Assembly: GCA_965644495.1 (NCBI GenBank)
Contig: CBFFSA010000008.1
Location: forward strand, 248,001-312,000
Length of the DNA stretch: 64,000 nucleotides
Source: Perkinsela sp. CCAP 1560/9
Taxonomy: Eukaryota > Protista > Euglenozoa: Kinetoplastea
Reading direction: 5' to 3'
Each line of letters opens with the position of its first letter. Position 1 is the first letter of the stretch. The position numbers and the translations under genes are program-made. Under the pieces are notes generated by a model. That model was given only the letters and a program-made list of their open reading frames with translations, made no database searches and had not been told where the DNA came from. Of this stretch, positions 53,317 to 63,339 are shown one piece after another.

Positions 53317-56300
53317 CTAGCCTGACTTGGTAGTTATTTTTCCCTTTATTTCAGATAACAGACGCGTAATGTACTTTAGCATCTCGTCAAGAATAATGAC
53401 GGGGAAACTCAAAGCGAAGATGAGTTTCCATTCCAAGAAATCCGTAGGCCACAACAGCGTAGAAGACACCTCGAGTATTTGGCGTGGGTTCACTCCGGCG
53501 ACACCAAGTGGGGCAACGTTGAAAAGGTAACACAGAGCTGGGACGTACATTATCAAATAATGTAAAACTAAGGAGCTGAGAACAGCTAAAATTAACCACG
53601 GGTTCCTGAAAGGAGGACATTGTAACATTGACTCATTTTCACTTATGGCATTGAGCGCGTTGAACATCTCAACCAACACAAGAATGCTGAGAGCCACGGC
53701 ACGCGCCTCACGTGGGTCACGTAACCTCTCACACCGCGCCACATCTCCAGTACAAAGCGAGGGGTCCATCAACTCTTCCATTCCATACCCATGGACGTGA
53801 AACCACCACAAATAGCCCATCACCGTTGCGAACCCGACATAGGCCCCGATGATGAGATAGCGCGCAAACAGCCACCCGTTCACAATGGGTTCCTCCGTAC
53901 GTCGTGGTGGCTCCCGCATCAAGTCGCCGTCCGGGGGGTTGAACCCCAGAGCGGTGGCCGGGAGCCCATCGGTGACAAGATTCACCCACAGCAGCTGGAC
54001 CGGCTCCAGCGCATCCGGTACCCCCAGCACCCCTGTCGCGAACACACACACCACCTCCCCAATATTACTGCTGATCAGGTAGCGAATAAACTGCTTGGTG
54101 TTGTTGTAGATCGCTCGACCCTCGGCAATAGCACTTACGATCGTGTTAAAATTGTCATCGGCTAGAATCATCGCGCTGGTGCCTTTAGCAACCTCGGTGC
54201 CAGAACCCATCGCAACCCCAATGTCCGCTTTCTTAAGCGCCGGTGCATCGTTGACTCCGTCCCCTGTCATGGCACATATGAAGTTCTGAGATTGCAGCAG
54301 GGTAACGAGGTGACTCTTCAGAGAGGGGTCCGCTCGGCTGTAGAGCTGTTTCGATAATACGGCGCTCATTTGCTCTTCATGTGATAACGCTTCAAAATCA
54401 CACCCGTTGATGCTCATTTGTTCAGCCTGTTCCGACGTAGTGAAAAGTTGGATTTGCCTACATACAGATTGGGCAGTATCCTTACTATCGCCGGTAATTA
54501 CAATGACGCGTATTCCTGCTTTATGACACTCTTGTACCGCTTGCGTGACCTCAGTACGAGGGGGATCCAGCATACCAACCAGACCGCAGAATACTAGACC
54601 TGCTTCAATTGAATCGAAATTCTTAGGATTTGTTAAACTCAATGATTCTACTCTATCACACTCCTTATATGCCGCTGCGAGGCAACGAAGCGTCGGGGGA
54701 CCCTGAGTCATTTCATGTAGCTCAGCTTCCATTTGGCGTCGTATTGCTGACGTAAGTTTCCTTAGCTTTCCGGAGCTCGAAATTATGTGCGTGGACCTTC
54801 TTAGCAAGGCTTCAGGGGCTCCTTTCACTAGGAGTAAATGCTTCTTTTTTGATGTAACGTGAACACTCATTGATTTACGTTCTCTAGTAAACTCCAACGT
54901 TGCATTGACGCTAAAAATATTCCGCCAAAACGATCGCACTGCGCTGACGCCCTCTGACGAAGTGCAGGGAGGTGAAGCATTAGGAATGGGCATTCCCAGC
55001 TTTTCCACCATAACAAGAAGCGCTGCTTCCGTAGCCTCTCCCAACCTATCAACTGCTCCCGTCTCCGTCAAGAACTCCAGGCTGGCGTCATTGCATAAAG
55101 AAGAAATGTAAGAAATGCGCTCCAATGCCTTGTCGGTCAGCAACGGTGCAGAAATTTCATGCTCGTTCTCGTCTGAAACGGTCGAGGTTTCTATATTAAA
55201 CTTGGTATCTTTCAAAAAATATCGATTAACGCCATCAGACCCATCACTTGTAACTACAGTGGCAACACTCATCATATTCGTAGTCAACGTTCCCGTTTTA
55301 TCTGTGCAAATGACACTACAGCACCCCAATGTTTCGACGCTCGGCAGATTGCGTACAATGGCTTTTTTTCTGGCCATGCGTCGCGCGCCCAACGCGAGGC
55401 ACGTTGTTACCACTGCGGGAAGTCCTTCGGGTATAGCTGCAACGGCCAGTGAAACAGCAATTTTAAGACTATTGATTATCCAAGGAAGTACATTTTGATT
55501 CTCACCTTTCTGCCACCCACGAACCAGGTTCACTATGAATACCAGAACGCAAATCACTCCGATGGCGTGACTGAGCAGTACACTAAAGTCATCAAGTTTC
55601 CGCTGCAGGGGTGTTTTTTCAGCTTCCGTTGACCTCACTTGGGCTTCCACACGACCAATCTCTGTGTTGATCCCAGTAGCTGTTACGACGCCCCGCACTT
55701 TTCCGTACGTCACACTTGTACCACGGAACATCATGTTCGAGGGGAACCTTTCGTTTTCTTCACACAATTCACTGTGTTTCAACACCTCGTTTGATTCTCC
55801 CGTGAGTGAACTCTGATTTACGCGAACAGTGGTGGAGCAAAGTTTGAGAACGCGCAGGTCCGCCGCGATGCGGTCTCCTACAGCCAGTTCTATGATGTCA
55901 CCCGGAACGAGTTCCAAGCTATCGATTGTACCCAGTTGTCCTTCACGCAATACGGAAGATCGATTGGGGACCAGAACTTGGAGAGCCTGGATAGCCTCCT
56001 CAGCGCTGCTCTCCTGCCAGGCACCTATGATACCATTTGCCAAGAGTATCAAAAGTATGACAAAGGGCTCAACTAAGTCGTGCCCAACGCCAGAAAAGAT
56101 AGCCATACCGAACGACAGGACGGCCGCTGCCAGTAAAATTTGAACTAAGCGGTCATCGAACGTCTTGAAAAGCAGCATTAACCATGAATCAGGTGGCTCA
56201 CATGGCAATTCGTTTTTTCCATACTTCTCAAGACGCTTATGAGCTTCGGATGTCGTTAAGCCCTGGTTCGGATCAACATCTCCTTCCTTACACACAACAT

Positions 56301-56331
56301 TAGCAGATTTTTTATGCGGTGTCGCGAACAT
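53317..56331 (-). CDS. SERCA-type P2A Ca2+-ATPase
   Basis: LTGES, AAIPEGLPAVVTTCLALG, DKTGT, KGAPE, DPPR, TGDGVNDAPALK, ISSNIGE, QLLWVNLVTDGLPA. Confidence 0.98.
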   Translation of the reverse strand: MFATPHKKSANVVCKEGDVDPNQGLTTSEAHKRLEKYGKNELPCEPPDSWLMLLFKTFDDRLVQILLAAAVLSFGMAIFSGVGHDLVEPFVILLILLANGIIGAWQESSAEEAIQALQVLVPNRSSVLREGQLGTIDSLELVPGDIIELAVGDRIAADLRVLKLCSTTVRVNQSSLTGESNEVLKHSELCEENERFPSNMMFRGTSVTYGKVRGVVTATGINTEIGRVEAQVRSTEAEKTPLQRKLDDFSVLLSHAIGVICVLVFIVNLVRGWQKGENQNVLPWIINSLKIAVSLAVAAIPEGLPAVVTTCLALGARRMARKKAIVRNLPSVETLGCCSVICTDKTGTLTTNMMSVATVVTSDGSDGVNRYFLKDTKFNIETSTVSDENEHEISAPLLTDKALERISYISSLCNDASLEFLTETGAVDRLGEATEAALLVMVEKLGMPIPNASPPCTSSEGVSAVRSFWRNIFSVNATLEFTRERKSMSVHVTSKKKHLLLVKGAPEALLRRSTHIISSSGKLRKLTSAIRRQMEAELHEMTQGPPTLRCLAAAYKECDRVESLSLTNPKNFDSIEAGLVFCGLVGMLDPPRTEVTQAVQECHKAGIRVIVITGDSKDTAQSVCRQIQLFTTSEQAEQMSINGCDFEALSHEEQMSAVLSKQLYSRADPSLKSHLVTLLQSQNFICAMTGDGVNDAPALKKADIGVAMGSGTEVAKGTSAMILADDNFNTIVSAIAEGRAIYNNTKQFIRYLISSNIGEVVCVFATGVLGVPDALEPVQLLWVNLVTDGLPATALGFNPPDGDLMREPPRRTEEPIVNGWLFARYLIIGAYVGFATVMGYLWWFHVHGYGMEELMDPSLCTGDVARCERLRDPREARAVALSILVLVEMFNALNAISENESMLQCPPFRNPWLILAVLSSLVLHYLIMYVPALCYLFNVAPLGVAGVNPRQILEVSSTLLWPTDFLEWKLIFALSFPVIILDEMLKYITRLLSEIKGKITTKSG

Positions 56332-56571
56332 TAACTATAATTACTTACAAGAATAATACTTTTCATGAAATCGAAAAGAGTATGTCACCGAAAATATTTA
56401 TACTCTAGGTTCTTTTGCGGAAAAAATACATGACGAAGAGATCGAAGTTTCTCGGCGTCGCTTTTCATTGTTTTCCACAGCAAACAAGTGACGAATTAGA
56501 CCAAGACATAGACGAATTATGGTCTCGCAGAAATTTATATCAATGAGCCCATCGGCAAATGCCGACTATTA

Positions 56572-57333
56572 TTATACCAATTTTTTCTTAAGAAGAAAGC
56601 CCTTCAGGCTACGGTATTGATAGATCGCGAGCCCGCCAGCTGCCATGATAGACAAAAAAGCCATAATGTAGACGCGTTCATAGGTGTCCTCACTCGTTGC
56701 ACGGAACCGTAGAAACCGCCTACGAAAAATTGACGCGGTAGCACGGGCCTCTGCGATTTGCTGCCGAATGTTGTACAGCTCGCGATGAATGCGGTTTAGG
56801 AACGTCTTAGTGCGCAAAGTGTCCTTGACCTGACCGTCACTGTCCATGAAAGACATCACCTCCATATCCACACCGTGTTCGGTGACTTGCTGCCGTGTGA
56901 TCTGGGGCTCTGGATCCTCAATACGATCCTGTCGGTTGCGTGTGTCAATGGAAAGTGCAAAATCGACGAAATCCGCACCCGAGCCAGCCGCCGAGAGGCA
57001 GATGTCGTACTCTCCCAACATCTCACCCTTTGTGCGAAAACTAAATGTCCCATTACGTGCCTCGAGGGTCGATGTTTGTAGCACTTTCCGATTCGGAGCG
57101 TAGATCTGAACGAGTGTATTGAATGATGTCCGCGGTGAGTTCTCCGGTGCCCTTTGGGCGTAATCCACGATCACTAATTCGTTGGGTGCGACGATTTCCT
57201 CGGGAAAGCAAAGCTTTTTTCCAGGACCAAGGCGGAAATAATACCCGTGCACCCCGCTACACTTGTAGCACAAGCCGAGGCAAAGTACGTACCAGAGGCG
57301 AAGCCACGAACGCGTGGGATCACGGCGGAGCAT
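56572..57333 (-). CDS. p24/emp24/gp25L (GOLD) cargo receptor
   Basis: Signal peptide, CFPEE...GEYDIC, coiled coil, TSEDTYERV, TM helix, FLLKKKLV tail. Confidence 0.92.
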   Translation of the reverse strand: MLRRDPTRSWLRLWYVLCLGLCYKCSGVHGYYFRLGPGKKLCFPEEIVAPNELVIVDYAQRAPENSPRTSFNTLVQIYAPNRKVLQTSTLEARNGTFSFRTKGEMLGEYDICLSAAGSGADFVDFALSIDTRNRQDRIEDPEPQITRQQVTEHGVDMEVMSFMDSDGQVKDTLRTKTFLNRIHRELYNIRQQIAEARATASIFRRRFLRFRATSEDTYERVYIMAFLSIMAAGGLAIYQYRSLKGFLLKKKLV

Positions 57334-57621
57334 AAGGATTAAATCTTGAAAACAAATTATTTGATTCCGTATGGAAAAACTAACAAAATAAAATTGTATC
57401 CACCGGAAGTACACATTTTGATACACACATCGAAGAAAAGAAACGGTGTTTGAGCAGCCAAGAAAGACGCATTTACGTCCGTGAGCTCATCATTCCGCAC
57501 TGTTCATGCAAAGAAGGCTAAAATGATAAAGATAAGATGAGGAGCATGAGCTTGGGTCCAGCAGCCTAGATAGTACGTAAACGAGCTCCACAAGTATCTC
57601 ACCATCCTTTTCAAATTGTTC

Positions 57622-58410
57622 TCATTTGGAGTGGTAGAGCGCTCGTTTTGTTTTGGACATGCGATGCAAAGGAAGCATACCTCGACGCCGCTGTGGCACT
57701 GCTGTGAAAGAAGGCGGTTCCTTGTTCGTTTGTTCCAAACGTGGAGGTTTCTCCAACGCAGGGGTGTTCTCCTCTAAGGAGATAGAATCCAATTGCGCAT
57801 TTCGCCCCGAGTTCACATCACTCGAACTTCTACGCCACGTTTTCAAGGCTTGAAGCATATCAAGCTTCGATTCGTCACTGTGGAGCACGTTTACTTCCAA
57901 AGAAGCTTGATTTACCTCTTCTAAGTCACTTTCTTCAAGCGGAGAAGCACTCAGCAATCTGTCGTCAACGGAGTCTTCATATTCATCATGTTCATTGTGC
58001 ATGTCTTTCAGCCACAGGAGCGCATCACGTAGATCATCTTCGAGAACCGAAGTCACACTTTCGCCATGAGAGTTACTATTTAAAGCATGAGATGAAGATA
58101 CTGCATGTTTCATATCATGATTCTTTTCTTCCTGCTCTGGAGGATTCGCTACTTGCACTAAAGGCTGTACATCAGAAACTCTTTTGTGGGATTCGACTTT
58201 CTTGATGTCACGCGAATCATTCGGAGTCGGATTTACCGAACGCGTATGGCGAATCAAATCAGCTACGAATTGCATTCGTTTGGAGCAGTGATCATTTTCC
58301 TCAGCTTCTATTCGCCGCTTCATTTTATCAGTAAGTGTATTGTGCTTACGGTGGTTGTGCATTTCGGGAGGACTCATTAATGCCACATTCCGACTTTTGT
58401 TATGTGTCAT
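57622..58410 (-). CDS. Hypothetical low-complexity protein
   Basis: ORF on the cluster strand; no family recognised. Confidence 0.5.
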   Translation of the reverse strand: MTHNKSRNVALMSPPEMHNHRKHNTLTDKMKRRIEAEENDHCSKRMQFVADLIRHTRSVNPTPNDSRDIKKVESHKRVSDVQPLVQVANPPEQEEKNHDMKHAVSSSHALNSNSHGESVTSVLEDDLRDALLWLKDMHNEHDEYEDSVDDRLLSASPLEESDLEEVNQASLEVNVLHSDESKLDMLQALKTWRRSSSDVNSGRNAQLDSISLEENTPALEKPPRLEQTNKEPPSFTAVPQRRRGMLPLHRMSKTKRALYHSK

Positions 58411-58954
58411 AAAACGTGCTGGACGAGGGAACCAAATCGTTAAATACCTCCAAATAGTAAGACATACATTAATATTGCGACCAGGGGGGTATCTACTGAC
58501 GCGACAGTCCACTGCCGCTACACACTGTCCTATAGGAGTAGGATTACAGGGGTAATATTGCGCCCTTTCTAAAAAAACATGATTTACATTTGATTACACT
58601 TTTTTCGATTTTCAGGTCTACAGTGTGTACAGACACACAAAACTCTGGAACAAGCTTCTTTCTTCGTCTTCGTCCTCTACGTGTAAACCTTCTTCACACA
58701 TTTTCTCGTCCCCAGTTTCACATTCATGGCTCCCACCAATATTCGGCAGGCACTTTGTTTCACACCTAACTCGCCCTCTAAATGGGGGGGGGGATGTGGT
58801 AGTTGTGAGGTATGGAAGCCTTCACGCAATTCCGGGGCCTCAAAAATCGTGCTAAATTCGTGTAAAAGCGTGATCCGTTCTTTAACGCAATCTTGTTGGG
58901 GAATATCTTTTGTGAAAAGTCCATCGAATCTCCGTAAAACCAATTCGCTCAGCG

Positions 58955-59824
58955 TCACAAAATTACGTTCGAAAATTCTACGGCGTTTTCTACAGCTCTA
59001 GAAATAGGTAGTGTGGCATCTTCGTGATCAAGCCTAGTAAGCGTGTTTCGGTCTTCCGATTTTCGACATAAGAGGAATCTCGCATCAAAAGCAGCCGTCC
59101 ACGGTTCTATAATGGGGACAAATATAGACTCCCTTTGACGTAGGTTGGTTATCAGCAGGACAGCGACATTGAATATGCGTGAGATTTCTCTAATGGACCT
59201 ACCCAGATAGCACAACGCCGAAATGCGAGAGCGAGCGCTCAACGACAAAGAAGAAATGGAGTTTGCTGGCTGAGAGTCAAGTGGCTCCGTATAACTAGTG
59301 TCTTTTTCAGAACGCGTTCTAGAGGCATCATAATCTTCTAACGTGAGTGAGTTGATCACAACCACACGTATGCTCTGATCCTCTTGCAAAAGTTGAGGTA
59401 AGGAATCAACTATTGCAATCAGCTGACCCAACGAACTAATGCGGTACAAATGTACATTATTCAACAAATCAATAGGGGTGATTGTGGAAACAGTTCTACT
59501 AATGCACGAAGCGTTATTTATTGCTCGTCGCAATACGTATTTGCACGTATCCAGCACCATTGTGGGGTCTACTGCGCCACGAGTGTCTACGTAAACGCTT
59601 CGCGCAGAGTGACCACCCATATGCTTCGGCAGGGCCGCCTGTGCTACAAAAAGGAGTGAGAGTGCTGTTCGACCACTACCTGGAATTCCTGAAATGTCAA
59701 TAACCTTTCGAGCCTGCACACCGCTACGATCCAGAAAGGCATCGAGTACTGGTATATTAGAGACAAAAATATCCGATAATTTCTCGTCCGAAAGATCTTC
59801 ATTGGACAATTTGATATGCCCCAT
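58955..59824 (-). CDS. RAD51 paralogue (RAD51C/XRCC3-like) with degenerate Walker motifs
   Basis: LDAFL..SGV...VIDISGIPGSGRT, AALPKHMGG...SVYVDT.G, IRVVVINSL, FNVAVLLIT. Confidence 0.85.
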   Translation of the reverse strand: MGHIKLSNEDLSDEKLSDIFVSNIPVLDAFLDRSGVQARKVIDISGIPGSGRTALSLLFVAQAALPKHMGGHSARSVYVDTRGAVDPTMVLDTCKYVLRRAINNASCISRTVSTITPIDLLNNVHLYRISSLGQLIAIVDSLPQLLQEDQSIRVVVINSLTLEDYDASRTRSEKDTSYTEPLDSQPANSISSLSLSARSRISALCYLGRSIREISRIFNVAVLLITNLRQRESIFVPIIEPWTAAFDARFLLCRKSEDRNTLTRLDHEDATLPISRAVENAVEFSNVIL

Positions 59825-60303
59825 TTCTGTGTGTAGCCAAGCGAGTTACATCAAAAACGTCGTGTAGTTATACAACAAGAAAAAAGACCTTTTTCTGGAT
59901 CAAATCCCTAAAATAAATCTTTAGTGCAACTCTACTGAAGAACTGTAGACTTCTTCGGCAATTGATCTCGAATATCTAAATTGGAATATCTAATCTACTG
60001 TTGTTGAAATTTTGAAAATGATACAAAGTTACAGTAATTAATAATTTCAAATTAATGTCGCAACCCACCATTTCCGAATCGTGAAATGAGCGTTTATGAC
60101 GATATCATAAGGCACATATCGTGATCATAATGTTGATATCATAGTACACTTATCTTGACAGGAAGAAAATTTAATATAAGCAAAGCAATTGAAGTCTTCC
60201 GTATAAGGGATACGTCCCAAATTCTGAACAATAAAGTACAAGACATAAAAAAATGTAACAACAATAGATTTAGTTAACAACAATCGATTGAATACCGAGC
60301 TAA

Positions 60304-63171
60304 TCAGCTGCTCAACGTTTTGCGAACAATTTCAGCAACGTTTTTCGATAGCCCTTCTGTTTGCCCTATCATCTGCAAAAGTCCACGAATCGCAGCTTGT
60401 CGCCCTGGCGTATAATATCGAAGAAGTGCGAAAGCATTGACAACTCTCGCAGCAACCTGAGCGTTAAATTTGTCCAAACTAAGCACGTGCCGTGCCATGA
60501 AGGCGTATCCACTGTAGCTTGCATCATGGAAATTCACATGACTCCCTTCAAATGCTGCAATTAGTGAATATATACTGTTTGGATTCGTCTTCACAAAGCT
60601 CGAACTGTTATAAATGCTTTCAAGCTGTCCAATGTTATTCGGAACGTTCGCGGTGGCGTGCGCCCTGTACCATTTCAGGATCACGAGAGGTTCGTTCTTC
60701 CACTTTTCGTGAAACTCATCGAACGCTACGGATCGACTAGAACAGTTATAATTCAAAGATTGCAATGCAGCGATCTCATCTGTCATGTTCGTTGCTGATC
60801 GAAATCTCTGTAACAATCGCTTCTCAAATTGAGTATCTTCCAGACGAGCCAGCATTTCATAGGCTTTATTTACTATCGCCCTTCGTGCTACCTCGGCCGG
60901 TTTAGTGCTGTATACCACTGGACCAGTCTCTATATTATCGATAATTTGTTCCAAATGCCCTCGAAGTCGAAGAGAGAGCTCGGAATTTAGGAATTTGGTG
61001 ACATGGTGAAACAGGGGTGGGTCAAGAGTAGCGTGAGGAAACTCTGAGATCAATTCGTTTAGAACAGGTAGCGAGATGGCATGTGCTTTGAACTTGTTAT
61101 CAATTTTTTCATCAGTCAATATCGACTGAAAGCCTTTGACAACACAATCCTCAAAGAGATAAGAAAGTCTGCCGTCCTCGGAAAACAAAATTTCTCGTAA
61201 TACTTCATTGGATAACTGTTTCGCAGAGTTTACCCCAAATTCCGACGCTAGACCATGAAATTGCAAGAAATGTTGTCTTGCCTTTCGATATAATCCTAAG
61301 ATAATTTCACGGCATAAACTTTGCCCTGCATCATACCGCACAAATTCATCGGTATCATGACGGAGCAAAGTCATCAGATCTGTATCCTTTTGATTCTTTA
61401 TTCGGCATTGCACGGGGGCGCTAAAACCTCGTAGAGAGGATATAACGGGAGTAGACGCTCCACTATTGCTTAAGTGAAAAGTAAAGTAATTCTCCTTATT
61501 GTCGACGCGAAGAACAGCTTCAATAGTCTGCTCACACGAACTTGTTTGTCCATCAGTTTTCAAAATGAAAGAGAGTAGGTCGCCTGTTTTGGGGTGAAGG
61601 AATGCAATTCGAATAGGAATCAGAAGAGGTGTGGACTTTTCTGCGGTGTCTTTTAAGCCCGAAGAAATGTTTTGAGTAACTTTTAAAATAAGTATTTCAT
61701 TGGTAGAATCATAAGAGGGCTCCATTTCTACCATGGGTGTGCCAGCCGTAGAATACCACGAGCGAAACTGAGATAAGTCTTCTTCATTTGCGTCTGCCAT
61801 TGCTGACAGGAAATCTTCACATGTCACCGCTTGCCCATCGTGCCTTTGAAAATAGAGATCCATGCCCTTGCGAAACCCTTGTCTCCCGAGCAGTGTTTCG
61901 TACATGCGCACCACCTCGGCTCCCTTTTCGTACACCGTAGTGGTATAAAAATTATCAATGGTTTCGTACACATCTGGGCGCACAGGGTGAGACATGGGAC
62001 TTTGATCTTGAGCAAATTGACGAGAACGCACGACAGATATATTGCCCAATCTGGTTACGGCTCTGGAATTCATGTCGCACGAAAATTCTCCATCTCTATA
62101 AACGGTCAAGCCCTCCTTTAATGTCAACTGAAACCAATCGCGACAGGTTACTCGGTTTCCCGTCCAATTGTGAAAGTATTCATGACCTACTACCCCCTCA
62201 ATGTACTCGTAGTCAAAGTCCGTGGCAGTTTTTGAGTCAGCAACTATAACCTTCGTATTGAAAATGTTCAAAGATTTATTCTCCATTGCTCCCATATTGA
62301 AATCGTCCACAGCGACAACATTGAACAAGTCTAAATCGTATTCGCGACCGAAGGTTACCTCGTCCCATTTCATTGCCTTCTTTAGAGATGCCATTGCGTG
62401 ATCAAGTCTATTTAAATAGCATTCATCTGAGTACATGTGAAGGGCTACATTTCTACCGGACATAGTTTCGAAACTGTCGGTCTTCCTGGATAATTTGCCA
62501 GCAACGATCGCAAACAGGTAAGAGGGTTTAGGAAAAGGATCAACCCATCTTGTAAAGTGAAATCCTGGACGGCCTTGCATTTTCCCTGATTCGGAAAGAT
62601 TTCCATTGCACAACAAGACCGGATATCGACTTTCTTCTGCAATCAAAAGCGCATCAAACTTAGATAATACGTCAGGTCGATCAAAGGCATAAGTAATGGC
62701 ACGAAACCCCTCGGCTTCGCACTGCGTACAAAAGGTCCCTCCGCTCTTATACAAACCTTCAAGCTCTGTATTCTTTTGTGGCTGAATACAAACTTCAGTT
62801 GAAAGCTTCCACACATCAATAGTTGGCTCCTTTTCTTGATGTAGTAAATTGGGGGAGAGGTGGAGATTTTGATTTATTAGTTCATAGTTTTCTCCACGCT
62901 TCAGGACATAACCATTCAGCTTAAATTCATTTAATTGTAGCATTTTGTGGCCATGAAGTAGCAATCCATGTTCCTTAACGTATTGAAGAGGAGTACGTCC
63001 GTGTGCTTCAAGAAATGCGATGTCGGTGTGATCTTTCAAAACTATTTCAGTTGCACATTTTACAAGCGTAGACTCCTCGCCCAGTTCTATGTTCAAGGAT
63101 ATCTTCTGCACCTTAATGGGCAATGGTTTATATTCTTTGCGGTAAGTCAGCTTTGCGATGTCCGTACACAT
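60304..63171 (-). CDS. pepN: M1 aminopeptidase, PepN type
   Basis: LEGLYKSG..CTQCEAEGFR, DPFPKPSYLFA, FNMGAMENKSLNIFN, HEYFHNWTGNRVTCRDWFQLTLKEG, YEKGAEV. Confidence 0.97.
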   Translation of the reverse strand: MCTDIAKLTYRKEYKPLPIKVQKISLNIELGEESTLVKCATEIVLKDHTDIAFLEAHGRTPLQYVKEHGLLLHGHKMLQLNEFKLNGYVLKRGENYELINQNLHLSPNLLHQEKEPTIDVWKLSTEVCIQPQKNTELEGLYKSGGTFCTQCEAEGFRAITYAFDRPDVLSKFDALLIAEESRYPVLLCNGNLSESGKMQGRPGFHFTRWVDPFPKPSYLFAIVAGKLSRKTDSFETMSGRNVALHMYSDECYLNRLDHAMASLKKAMKWDEVTFGREYDLDLFNVVAVDDFNMGAMENKSLNIFNTKVIVADSKTATDFDYEYIEGVVGHEYFHNWTGNRVTCRDWFQLTLKEGLTVYRDGEFSCDMNSRAVTRLGNISVVRSRQFAQDQSPMSHPVRPDVYETIDNFYTTTVYEKGAEVVRMYETLLGRQGFRKGMDLYFQRHDGQAVTCEDFLSAMADANEEDLSQFRSWYSTAGTPMVEMEPSYDSTNEILILKVTQNISSGLKDTAEKSTPLLIPIRIAFLHPKTGDLLSFILKTDGQTSSCEQTIEAVLRVDNKENYFTFHLSNSGASTPVISSLRGFSAPVQCRIKNQKDTDLMTLLRHDTDEFVRYDAGQSLCREIILGLYRKARQHFLQFHGLASEFGVNSAKQLSNEVLREILFSEDGRLSYLFEDCVVKGFQSILTDEKIDNKFKAHAISLPVLNELISEFPHATLDPPLFHHVTKFLNSELSLRLRGHLEQIIDNIETGPVVYSTKPAEVARRAIVNKAYEMLARLEDTQFEKRLLQRFRSATNMTDEIAALQSLNYNCSSRSVAFDEFHEKWKNEPLVILKWYRAHATANVPNNIGQLESIYNSSSFVKTNPNSIYSLIAAFEGSHVNFHDASYSGYAFMARHVLSLDKFNAQVAARVVNAFALLRYYTPGRQAAIRGLLQMIGQTEGLSKNVAEIVRKTLSS

Positions 63172-63339
63172 TTTTTCAAAAGAAAAGTAAGAAATGCAGG
63201 ATGGAAAATGAATAACAAGCGTATTTTTGTGAAAGTGAATAGCAAAATTCTTCCGTGTTTAGACAAGAGCCCAAAAAGCAAAATAAAACCAATCCTCGAA
63301 TCTATAACAGTTATAGATTCCATCATAAAATGATATGTT

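Noticed and set aside
58610-58998. Short minus-strand ORF(s) after the RAD51 paralogue, possibly frameshifted at the G-run near 58783-58793
   Set aside because: No ATG and no recognisable family; cannot be supported without transcript data.
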